Shown here: piece by piece, positions 1 to 10,967 of the stretch
How positions within the stretch are numbered: position 1 is the stretch's first letter
Layout of the letters: every line of letters starts with the position of its first letter
NCBI GenBank assembly: GCA_004431415.1
Contig: QPMI01000244.1
Coordinates: 1 to 64,000, forward strand
DNA length: 64,000 nucleotides
Origin: Cyanophora paradoxa CCMP329
Lineage: Eukaryota; Plantae; Glaucophyta
Direction: 5' to 3'
Notes under the pieces: model-generated
Told to the model about the DNA's origin: nothing
The model's input: only the letters and a program-made list of their open reading frames with translations
Database searches by the model: none
Position numbers and translations under genes: made by a program

Positions 1-418
1 GCGCGCCCAGGTTCAATTGCAATTGCACTTCGAACTGCGGTCCAAGCTTAAGATGCCAGCGCAGGCCGCGACGCGGCGCTCACGCTGGTGGCAGACTTCG
101 CAACGGTTGAAACGGGGGTGATCTGCGCGCGCGACGCCGCCGTCAGCGACTTCGATCTGTACGGTCGTAGGAGAGGACGCGCCAAAGTTCATTGATCTCC
201 ACGTGTTGATACATTCAGCGTGAACTGTGTCAGCGCACGAGCACGCGCGCAAGAGCGGGGCATCCCGGCGCTCGCCCTCGAAGCAGATCCGGCAGAACGG
301 CCCCGCTGCGCGAGGAGACGAGTCAGGACATGATCAGGCTCAAAGAGAGGGCGGGAAACCCACTTGGGGAGGGCGAGGGGCTGGGCCTTGGCGCGCCCGC
401 CGCGCTGGTTCCGCTCAT
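1..418 (-). CDS. RING-variant (C4HC3, MARCH-type) E3 ubiquitin ligase, 5' part; gene runs off the window
   Basis: Spliced translation MSGTSAAGAPRPSPSPSP/TGPFCRICFEGERRDAPLLRACSCADTVHAECINTWRSMNF..RCEVCHQ fits the RINGv pattern CxxC..CxC..HxxC..W..CxxC. Confidence 0.8.
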
Positions 419-636
419 TGTCTTCAGTCACGTGCACGTCATACCCCCCTGAAAGGCTCGCCGCTCGCAGCTCGCTTTACCAGGTCCGCCGGCGCCGCGC
501 GCGAGCTCTTCGGCGTTCCCCGCCCTCTGCAATGCCAAAAAGTCTCTCGCGCACGAGCCGGCGAGAGTTTGCTCTCGGTCTGACGGCGCTCACGCGCCGT
601 GCCCGCTCGCGCTTTCGCTCCAGGCAAGCAGCAAGG

Positions 637-2360
637 ATGTCGCACGACGCGAGGGGACTCCGGCAGGCCGTGCACCTCCTTAAGCACCACACCTTCAATC
701 TCACCGGGAGCTCCGCATTGATCACGGTGAGCCCACGTACGCGACTGCGCTTGCGAGTGGCGCTTAAATTGAATGCGAGCGTACAGGGCGCGGCCTCCGG
801 GATCGGCGCGGCCATATCGATGTTCTTCGCGTACGAAGGCTGCCGCCTGACCCTGTGCGCTCCTTCCTTTTCCGGGCCGTGATAGCGATTCAAGCATGCT
901 CGCAGGGTGGATCGCAACGCGGCCGCGCTCGAGGAGACCAAACAGCATTGCGTCGAGGCGCGCCTCTGAATGTCGATTTTGACCTCCTGATCATCGCCTT
1001 CCGCCGTCGCCAGGGTCGATACTGACAGACGCGGCCCCCAGATTGGGAGCCAGGTGGTGACTGTGGCGGCGGACCTGACGAACGCGAACGACCTGCAGCG
1101 CTGCGTGGACACCGCCGTCCTCAACTTCGGCACCGTCGACATCCTGGCGAGTCGCTGGGCCCGAGGCGGAGCCGCCGCAGCCGGGGCCGGAAGCGGGCGC
1201 TGATGGCCGGCAGGTGAACAACGCGGGGGTGCTCGACGGCCAGAAGCCGGCCTACGAGGCGAACGTCGGCGTGCGCCGCGAGGCCGAGCTCGAGCTCCCG
1301 CGCCCGCCGTCGCATGCCCTTGACGGAGGCGCGCAGGACTGGACCTACGCGCTCGCCACGAACCTCCTCGCCCCGTACGCAGCCCCGCGCGCGCGCGCGC
1401 TCGCGCCGCGCGGCGGGCCGGGTGCGAGGGGCGGGGGCAGGATGCAGCTGACGCGGCTCGCGCTGCCGCACATGCTGCGGCCGGAGAACGCGAGCCGGCT
1501 GCGGGCGGTGCTCTTCATGGGCTCCGGCCTCTCCCGCCGGCCCCACGCCCGCGAGTCCGCCTACGTCTCCTCGTGCGGCCCCTCCCCTCCGCCTCCCGCG
1601 CCCTGCGGACCCGGGGCCGGCCGGCGGGCAGGAAGTTCGGACTTTACGGATTCGCGGAGTCGGTCTTTGAGGATGTCCGTGACGCCGGAATCAAGGTTGC
1701 CCCCGCCGCCCCGCCCCCGCCGCCCCGCCCCGCCGCCCCGCCCGGGCGCTCGCCGACGCGCCTGCCGCAGGTCGTCACCATCAGCCCGGGGTAGGCCCGC
1801 GCGCGCGCGCGACGCGCCGCCCCGGCGTGCGACGCGCCGCCGCGGCGCCTTCGCCGACGCGCGGCAGATACGTGGCGACGCCGATGACGCAGCACGCGGG
1901 CAAGGCGGGGTGCGCCCCCGCCCCACTCCTCCCTCCTACTCCGCCTCCTCCCCTGAGCCTCCCTGGCCCCCCCGGGACGCAGGCACATGGACCTGGCGCA
2001 GCTGGTGAAGCCCGAGGACGTCGCCCGCACCGCCGTCCACTGCGTCCGCCCCGCCCCGCCCCCGCCCCCGCCCCGCCCCGGCGCCCGAGCGAAGCCAAGG
2101 GCGGCGCGGGGCCGGCGTCTGATCGGAACGGGGGCGGGCGCGGGGGCAGCTGACGCAGCCGCCGAACGTGTGCATCACGGAGGTGGAGATGCGCCCGCAG
2201 CGCCACGCCCACGCCGCCGGCGTCCGCACCCCCCGCCCCGCCCCGCCCGCCCCGCCCGCCCCGCCCGGCCCCTCTCCGACGGGGGCGGGGGCGGCAGATG
2301 ATGATGACGGCGATCAACCGCGCCTCCATGGTCTCCGACTCCAACCTCGAGTACTCCTGA
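637..2360 (+). CDS. Classical short-chain dehydrogenase/reductase (SDR), about 13 exons
   Basis: Spliced exons give ALIT/GAASGIG (TGxxxGIG), DIL/VNNAG, AYVSS/KFGL (YxxxK), VTISPG/YVATPM and LVKPEDVA; stop TGA at 2358-2360. Confidence 0.9.
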
Positions 2361-2523
2361 GCGCCCCGCCGCCCTCCCCGCAGCCGGCCCCCGCAGCACC
2401 GCCAGGGACCGCACTAGGCAGGATCCGGAGGCCGTGTAAATAACGACAACGCGCCCCGCGCAAGGCTCGCGGTCGACGCTCCCTACACGGCGACGGGTAG
2501 TCCGCGTGGAGGGTCTAGGGGGC

Positions 2524-4439
2524 TCAGGACTCGCTGCTGTCCTCGCTCTCGTCGCTCTCGTCGCTGCTCTCGCTCTCGTCGCTGCTCTCGCTGCTCGCGC
2601 TGCTGCTGGCCTCGGAGCCCGAGGAGCTCGAGCCGGCCCGCTCGGCGGCCACCGAGGCGCCCGGGCGCAGGCCGGAGCGGAGGGCCGCAAGGGCGGCGGG
2701 CGGGTGCGGGGCGGCGAGGGCGAGAAAGACGAGGGCGGGGGCGATCTCGGGGAGGGCGCGGAGGAAGGGGGCGGGGAGGGGCCGGCCGGGGTCGAGGGCG
2801 GCGAGGGCGGCGGAGCGGAGGCGGGCCATGCGGGCGGGGCGGGGCGGCGAGGGCCTCGTAGACGCGGGGCCGCAGGCGGGCGCGCAGCTCGACGAGGAGG
2901 CGGAGGGGCCGGAGGGCGGCGGCGAGGGCGGCGGCGGCGGCGGGGCCGGAGGTGTCGGCGGCGAGGGCGAGGCGGGCGAGGCGCGGGGCGAGGGCGGCGA
3001 GCGGGGCCGGCTCGGCCTCGTCGGCGGCGGCGGTGGCGAGGGCGCGGAGGGCGGGGAGGGCGGCGAGGAAGGCGAGGGAGCGGCAGCGGGCGGCGAGGCG
3101 GAGGCGGCGCAGGGCGGTGAGGCCGGCGAGGGCGCCAGCTCCTCCTCGTCCGCCAGGGGCAGCGCCGCGGCGGAGGCGGGGCGGGGGCGGAGACGGTGGG
3201 CGGGGCGAGGAAGCCGAAGTCGAGGGCGCGGAGGGCCGTGAAGGGGCGAGGGCGCCGAGGGCCTCCCGGGGCCCGCCCCGCGCGGCGGCAGGAGCACCGC
3301 CGCCGTCAGCGAGCGCAGCCGCGGCCCCAGCGGCGCCAGCGCCCGCAGCGTCGACGCCGCCAGCGGCACCCTGCGGGGGCGTCGGGGGTACGGGAGGGGA
3401 GCTGCGGGCGGGCGCACCCGGGAGGTGGAGGGCGCGGAGGCGGGGGAGGGATGCGAGGCGAGCGAGGGCGGCCTGGGCGGGGGCGGCGGCGAGGGCGAGG
3501 TCCCCGCGGCGGCCCCGCGGCGCGGAGGACGAGGCGCGGAGGCCCTGGAGGGCCCCAGGGCCGCCAGCTCGGGCCCGGCACCGCCCCGGGCCGCTCCAGC
3601 CGCAGCTCGAGGCGGCGCAGCGAGGAGCGGAGGGCGGGGTCTGGAGGAGGGCGCGCAGGGCGGCCGGCGGGAGGCGCGGGTCGCGGAGGGCGAGGCGGCG
3701 GACGGGGCGGGGCCGGGCGAGGCGGGCGAGGGCGAGGGCGGCGGGGCGGCGGGCCCGGGCGAGGGCGAGCCGCTCGAGGGCGCCGGGCTCGGCGGCGAAG
3801 GCGCGGAAGCGGGAGCAGACGCGGGAGAGGGCGGCCAGGCGCGCCAGGTCCACCTCCACCCCCGCCCACTCCCCGGGCCCCACCCCGCCCCCGCCCTTTC
3901 CCTCCTCCGCCTCGTCCTCCGCCTCGTCTTCCTCCTCCTCCGCTTCGCCGCCGAGGTGGCTCCAGAGGCGGGGCGCCGGCGGCGGCTCGTCGGGGCGCGC
4001 GGCGAGGAAGAAGACACGGCGCAGGAGGTCGTCCGGCAGCTCCAGCAGGGACCAGCCCGCCCCGCCGCCGCCCTCCCCGGCCCCTGCGCCCCCACCGCCC
4101 TTCGGACGCGGCTCCGCGAACAGTGCAGCTATCGCTGCTCGTGCGCTCCAGCGAGCGAGCGCTGCGGGCGGACCTGTTTCGTCGCTAGCGGTGATCGGGG
4201 GCGCGCTCTGAGCGCTCCCGGCGTGTCGTGTTTGCGACGGAAGCGCGCCGGAAGCGCCTGCGACGGAAGAGCCTGTGCCGGAAGAGCCTGCGCCGGAAGC
4301 GCCTGCGCGCCTCGCAGTTAGCTTGTGGTGTTGGTCGCTATCCCTCTTATTCGCGAGCCGCACCGTCCGCAGCGGTAGCCGCCGCAGCTGCAGCAGGGCG
4401 CTGCCTCGCGTGCCGCCCGCGCTGCCCCGGCCCCGCCAT
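2524..4439 (-). CDS. F-box / leucine-rich-repeat protein with acidic Ser/Asp/Glu tail
   Basis: ATG at 4439 and a GT-AG intron with a CTAAC branch site. F-box-like LLELPDDLLRRVF..LAALSRVCSRFRAFA, LRR-like segments (LASLPRLRALHL, LTALRRLRL, LPALRALA), and C-terminal SSESSDESESSDESDESEDSSES*. Confidence 0.7.
4239..4307. repeat. Degenerate ~15-bp coding tandem repeat (GGAAGAGCCTGCGCC-like, ~4-5 copies)
   Basis: Visible directly; encodes the GASGAGSSGTGSSVAGASG linker of the F-box gene. Confidence 0.7.
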
Positions 4440-4599
4440 GCCACACTGCGCGTGCAGCACGCTGCGCCGGCGCTACGACACGCGTGCCGCACGCGTCGGT
4501 GCTGCTGCGCCGGCTGGGCTGCGTTCTCAGAGCAAGGCTGGCTCCGATGTGGCTCGCTCCAGGGGGATACACGGACGCGCGGACCTCGACCTGCCAGCC

Positions 4600-5777
4600 A
4601 TGCCGTTCTTTGTGGCTAGCATTCCGGCAGTGGCGTCGCAGGTCGCTCGACTGCCGATCGACGCCGCCGTCTGCGCCTCTCCCGCCCGCCGGACCGCCGA
4701 CGCGGCCAGTCGGATCCCCAGCCGGCCGCGCTTCCTTGGGAGCTGCGCAGCGCTCGTCCCGGCGAGGCCCGTCCGGACCTTCCACGTCGTCTGCCCCACG
4801 CGCGCCGAAGGTCCACGTGCCGCCCACCGAGCGCCGCCGCCGCTCGAACGCCGGCGCAGTGAGCCGGACCACCGGCGCGCCTCAGTACGAACGCGAGACG
4901 GTGAGCAGATGCCCGCTGCGCCGCCCACGCCGCGACCGCAAGGCCGGGCGCGGATCTAATAGAGCCTGCCGCGCCGCGCCGCAGACGGTCATCATGCCGA
5001 GCTACCGCGTGCCGCTGGGCGTGCGCGCCGCCCCTCTCGGACCTCTCCTCCTCTCGCTCCGCCGCGCCGCGCCCGAGCGCCGGGGCCGGCGCGCAGCTGG
5101 CGGCGATCGACCTGGCGCTGGTGGCGGCGAAGGCGCCCGTCGCCCTGGACGCCTTCGTCCTCCTCCTCGCCCTCTTCCTCCTCCGCCAGGCCCGCCCCTC
5201 GCCCCGCCCCCGCCGCCCCACCCCCCCGCGCCGCGCCGCGCGCCTCGCTCAGGCGGGCTTCGGTCTGGCCCGCAGGCGGGGGCGCTGCGGCTGGTGTTCA
5301 CGGGGGACTCGATGGAGCTGCGCACCTTCAAGGGCGACGGCTCCAGCTCCGTCGTCCGCTCCTTCCCCTACGCCGAGGCGCGCCGTACCCCGCTCCCGCT
5401 TCCCCCCCCCCTCCCCTCCCCCCCCCCCCCCCCGCCCGCCCTCGTGTCTCTCTCGTTCCCCCGCTTACCTGGGCCCCGCCGCAGTGGATCAACTGGCGCG
5501 TCTTCTGGCCCGCCTTCCCCGTCATCGTGCGTACCCCTCCCCGCGGATGCCCCTCCCCCCGCCCGAACGGGTACCCCCCTGGCGGGCAGGTGTTCTGGCG
5601 GGAGACGAAGTCGCCGCACTTCATGCCGATGCTCTTCGACGCCGCCCAGCTCAAGGAGCAGCTCAAGGCGCGCCCCGGCCGCCGCACAGTGCAGCGCACT
5701 GCGCGTCCGGCCCGGGCTGACGGCTGCGGCAGGACCTGCCCCGCCTCCCCGACGGCGTCAAGGCTGGCCAGCAGTAG
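4600..5777 (+). CDS. Plastid-targeted DUF3119 family protein (cyanobacterial origin)
   Basis: N-terminal MPFFVAS.. transit-peptide-like region. Spliced core MPSYRVPLG..LLLALFLLRQ/AGALRLVFT..VRSFPYAE/WINWRVFWPAFPVI/VFWRETKSPHFMPMLFD resembles the DUF3119 signature (FPY.EW.NW..FW..P...YFKE..S.HFLP..FD) as I recall it. Confidence 0.8.
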
Positions 5778-6139
5778 GTCCCAAGCTTCAAGCGCGCCGA
5801 GCCCGCGCCGGCCCCGTGCCGCGCCCCGCCTCGCGTTGCGATGCCGCATCCCAGTTGTACAATATAATTAATAGCGATGCACTGAACGTAGAATGCGCCG
5901 AATAATTGGTAGTGTTGCTTGAAAATGGTATCTATGGAATCAATTAAGTTATGTAAGGATAGAAAAAAACGGTATCTAAGGATAGATATAGATAATCTAG
6001 GTATCGACAATCAATAAAGTTAACGTTATCTAGGTAACTAGATGCTACTAGGACCGCTCGTACTAGTGCGTTGAAAACGGAGAGTAATTATAAGGCCCGC
6101 GCCTCTTGGAAGCAGCGGCGGGGCCTGGGGCGGGCGGGG

Positions 6140-9100
6140 CTATGCGGCCTGGAGGGGCAGGCCGATCTCGAGGCCCTCCTCGCCCACCGTCTCCACCAGC
6201 ACGTACGCCTGCGCCCCACCGCCTCGCCGGCAAGCGGGGCGCCCGGGGCGGGGCGGGGGGGGCCGCACCGGGGGCCGGCAGGCGCAGGCGGGGCACACGG
6301 CGGCCGCCTCCTCCTCCGCCCCCTGCGCCCCTCTCAGAGGCCGAGGGGCGGGGCGCGGGGGCGGGGGCCGGCGAGCCTCCTCGACGGGCTCGTGGGCGCC
6401 GCAGGCGGGGCAGGGGGCGGCCTCCAGGAGCCCCCGAGGGCCTCCTCCGCCCGGCCCGCCGCAGGGCCCGCAGCAGCGCCCCCGGCCCCTCCCCAGCACC
6501 TCCACCGCCGCTCCGGGGCCCGCCGCCGGCCCCGCGGGCCCAGCACCGCCACCGACCCCAGCGCCTCCTGCCGGGGGCTGAGGGCGGGCGGGGCGGGGCG
6601 GAGGGGGCGGGGCGCACGACGATGGCGCCGCCGCGCCAGAGGAGGGCCGAGGCGGGGCCGCCCTTCGCCACCGCCACCGCCAGCCTGCCCCAAGCTCGCA
6701 CCGAGGGGGGGGGGGGGGGTACGGGCGCGGCGTCGCACCGGAGGGCGAAGTGCGGGGTGGGGATAGCGGGCCGGAGCAGGCGGCGGAGGGGCCGGGGGCG
6801 GGCCGCTGCGGCGGGTTGAGGCCGGGGAGAGAGCGGAGAGGGGTAGGGCGCACAGCGCTCGGCGGCGAGGCGGGCGAGGAGCGGTGCCCTGGCACGAGGC
6901 GTGAGCCGAGGCGGCGGCGGCGGCGGTGGGCGGGGCGGGGCGGGCGGGCACCGGGCTGGGGGCGCGGGCAGGAGGGCGAGGAGGACGGACCAGCCGGCGG
7001 GGCCGGGCAGGGCGAGCCCGAGCGCCTGCACCCAAGCCCCGCGTGAGCGCCGCCAGCCGAGTGGCCGAGGCGCGGGGCGCACGTGGGCGAGCGGGGCGGA
7101 GAGGGGCGGAGGGAGGGCCGAGTCGCGCAGCCAGGGGTCTTGCGCGGGGGCCCCCGCGGCGGCGGCGGCGCGGACGAGGGCGGCGCGGGCGGCGAGGAGG
7201 AGGCGCCCCGGATGCACCGCCGCCACCCCGAACTGCGCGCGCCCCGCGGGGGTCACGGGGAGGGAGACGGGGGGGAGGGGCGTGGGGGGCGGGGGGCGGG
7301 CCTGGGGCAGGTGGAGGCAGGCGCCCCACGAGTGGAGGGCCTCGAGGGCGGCGGGGCTCGCCGGGCCCGCCCCCGGCCCCCGCGCCGGCGCCGGCAGCAG
7401 GCCCCGCAGCTCCCGCGCCGCCATCGGCTGCACGCGAGGCCGTCAGACAGAGGAGAGCGCTGGAAGGCTTGAAGTGCGGGGCGGGGCGGGCGGGGCACCG
7501 GGAGGGAGCAGTGGCGGAGCTCCTCGGCGCGGCGGGCGAGGGCGACGTGCGGGGCCGCCGCGGGGCCGTCCCCGCCCCGCCGCCGCCCGCAGCAGCGCCG
7601 CGCGCAGCTCCGCCACGCCCGCCCGCCGGGCGCCGCCTCCACGCGGTGCAGGCGCAGCCCCGGCCCGGGCCCGCGCCTTGGCCCCGCCCCCTCCTCGAGG
7701 GCCGCCTGGGCAGCGGGTGGGGTCGGCGGAGGGCGGGGCGCGGGGCGCGGGGAGGGCCCGGGCGGGGGCGGGGCGGACGGCGAGGGCGGGGTCGGAGTCG
7801 GGGCGGGCGGCGGGGTCCCGGCCCGCGTCCCCGCCAGCAGCAGCAGCGCCCCCTCCCCGCCCGCCCCCGCACCGCCGCCAGCCACGCGGCGAGCCCCGCC
7901 TCCCCCGCCGGCTCCCTGCCGCAGCGTCACATGGTCAGGGCCCCGCGGCCGGCGTGCCGCGGAGGGGGGCGAGGGCGGGGGTACCGCGTGAGGTCCCACA
8001 CGAGGAGCACGACGCAGCCGGCGCTGAAGAGCGGGGCCGGCGGGGCCGGCGGCGACCCGCCCTCCTCCTCCTCCTCCTCCCTGCCGGCCGGCGTCTCAGC
8101 GGGGGGCGGGGCGGGCGGGGAGGAGGAGGAGGAGGGGAGGGCAGGCGGACCCCTCGAGCTCCCAGACGGCGAGGGAGAGGCGGGGCGGGGACTGCGCCCC
8201 CGCCCCCGCCGCCTCCCAGGAGCTCACCACCAGGCCCCCGGCCGCCGCCGCCGGCCCCGCCGCCTCCGGCCCCACCACGCTCCGAAGCAGCGCGCTCTTG
8301 CCCGCTGCGGAGGGGCTCGACGGGGGGGCGCAAGGCGGGAAGGGACTGGGGTCTGTGCGCACCGCCCTTGGGCCCCAGGACGAGCAGCTTGGCGCGGGGG
8401 CGGGGGCGGGCCGGCGCGGGGCGCGCTGCGGCTGCCGCCGGGGCCGGCGGCGGCGCGGAGGTGGCGCAGGATGGCGGCGTCGTCGGAGCGGACGTCGCGG
8501 GGCAGCGCGGCGAGCACGTTCCCCTCCGCCAGCCGCACCTCCCGCAGCGCCGGAAGCTCCCCGATCTGCCCCGCCGCTTCAGCGCGGAGAGGAGCGGGCG
8601 GGCCGGGGGGGCGGGCTGGGGGCGGGGGCGCCTGCTTGGGGAGGTCGAGGAGGAGGTTGCGCCCCGCGTGCAGCCGCTCCAGCGACGCCAGCCGCCCCAC
8701 CACCTGGCCCCGCCCCGCGTGAGGCCCCGCTGAGGCCCTCGCCGGCGGCGGGGCGCGGGCGGGCGGCACCTCGCCGGGGAGGGCGGCGAGGCGGTTGCCG
8801 GAGAGGTAGAGCTCCCGCAGAGCCGTCAGCGCCGCCACCTGTGACCGAGAGGCGCCAACGCTCAGCGATGAGGCGCCCCGGGGGCTGTGGGGCGGGATCG
8901 GGGCGGGGGCGGGCCTCCGGGGCGAGGTGGCTGATGCCGTTGCCGGCGGCGTTGAGGATGCGCAGAGCCGTCAGCTTGCCGAGCTCCTACGGCGCGCGGG
9001 GGCGGCTCGGCGGGCTTCGCGGCTGCCCGGGGCGGGGCGGGGCGGGGCGGGGACCTCGGGGAGGCGGGTGAGGAGGTTGCTGGGGACGTGCAGCTCCCGC

Positions 9101-10052
9101 AGCGCCCCCAGCGCCCCGATCTGCGCGGGAGGGGCTCGGGGTGGCCGAGAGAAGGGCGGGGGGCGGGGCGGCCGGCGCGCCTCCGGCGGCAGGTTCGTGA
9201 GGCGGTTGCCGGCGGCGCGCAGGGAGCGGAGGGAGCCCAGGCGTCCGATCTCCTGCGGCGGCCCTCAGCGGGAGGGGGGCCGGGGCGGGGCAGGGGCCGG
9301 GGCGGGCCGAGCGGAGGGAGGCGAGGCCGCAGCGGGAGCAGTCGAGGGCCTCGAGGGCGGCGAGGGCGTACACGGGCGGCGGCAGGCGGCCCCCCGCCAT
9401 CGGGTTCCCCGACACGTCCAGCCGCTTCAGCCGCGGCAGCGCCCCCAGCTGCGCCCCGCACCGCCGCCTCACGGCGCGCGCCGGCGTCGGGCAGGAGGAG
9501 GGGGCGGGGACCTCGTCGGGTAGGGAGGGGAGGCGGTTGCAGGCGAGGTCGAGCTCCTCAAGGGCGACCAGGCGCCCCACCTGCCGGCCCCGCCCCCGAG
9601 GTCGGCCCGGAGCCGGCTCGAAGGGGGGTGCGAGGGGGCGGGCGAACGGAGGCGGGGAGGGCGTCGAGGCGGTTGCCGGGGGCGCGGAGGGCGCGGAGCG
9701 ATGCGAGGTCGGCGAGGTCCGGGGGCAGGGCGGCGAGGCCGCAGCGGGAGAGGTCGAGCAGCACAAGGCCCGGGGCGAGGGCGGCGAGGCCCGCGGGGGG
9801 CGCCCCGAGCCCCGCGAGGTCGTTGTCCGCCAGCAGCAGCTCCCGCAGCGCCCCCTGCGGCGCCCCCAGCGCCGCCGGCCAGGCCGCGAGGCCGGCGCGG
9901 GAGAGGTCGAGCCGCCCGCCGGCGTCGGGCGCGGCGGGGAGGGCGAGGGGCCGGCAGGAGGTGCTCGACCGCGAGGTCGAGGCCCGCGACGTCGGCGGGC
10001 GCCCCGCCCCGCACGCCAGCGCCGGCAGCTCGCGCCCCACCGAGCAGCCCAT
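6140..10052 (-). CDS. Roco-type protein: LRRs + Roc GTPase + COR-like region
   Basis: Many LRRs (LRELLLADNDL, LEELDLACNRL, LKRLDVSGN, LRELYLSGNRL). Spliced P-loop RAKLLVLGPKG/AGKSALLRSV, then LAVWELEG, VVLLVWDLTR, LLLLAGTRA, and COR-like ALEALHSWGACLHL. Start MGCSVG is tentative because an acceptor-like AG precedes it. Confidence 0.75.
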
Positions 10053-10967
10053 CTGCCGCGCGTGAGGCCCGAGCCTCCCGATCCGAAGGGAGCCACTGGG
10101 ACGCCCGGCGAGCGCGGCACGCCGGCCCGGCGACGGCGTTCCTCTGGGCGCACCGGAACGCTGCAGCTGCGAGGTAGTTGCGCACTGAGCCGGTAGCTCC
10201 CGGTGCAAACGCTGCGGAGAGTGGTTTGAGCGTCGCTCAAGCGCCGCACCGAGAGCGCTGGCACAGGCACAGGCGCCGGCGCACCCGATGAAGTGGATAT
10301 CAGCAGGAGCAGCAGCAACTAGCTACACCAGCATGCGTACGAGGTCTGGCAAATGATCGCCAACTAACGATGTCAAGTCCCTTTCTGCGCCGGCTCGAGG
10401 CGCCGCCGCTCGGCTCCAGTCAATACTGAGCGAAAATTCAGATCCTTGGGAATCGCTCTCCCGCGCGGGCTGCGTGTTGTTGATGCTCTTCCGAGCCCGT
10501 AATGGCGCACGTACGGCGGCCGGAGGCCCGGCGTCGGGTTTTCGCATCCGCACGCACAAATGCACTGCACCCCCCCAAGCTTCGTCCCCCCCTTCCCGAC
10601 CTTCCCTCGTTCCCGGAGCCGTCGCGCGGCGCAGGTCGTGCAGCCCAGATCGTCACCACAGCAAGAGGCGATACAACTACTCGCTTCCCTCGCGTGATTG
10701 GGAGCAGTATCGGCGGCAGGTCGAAGCTCCGGACGCGCGTTGCTGCCGTTTCGACCCGCGGCGCAGCATTCGTTCGGCTTAAATTATATCAGCGTGAGCC
10801 GGCGGTCACCGCGGCCGACGCGCAGCCCCGTCGAGCCGGAGCAGCAGCTCTCGAGAGCTCGAGCCCGGTTCTCTTGTCGGAGGGGCGGCCAGTGGCGAGG
10901 CGAGGCCCGGCCCAGTTTGCCATCGAATCATTTGAGCATCGCTGAACGAGTGCAGCTCGCTTGCGCG

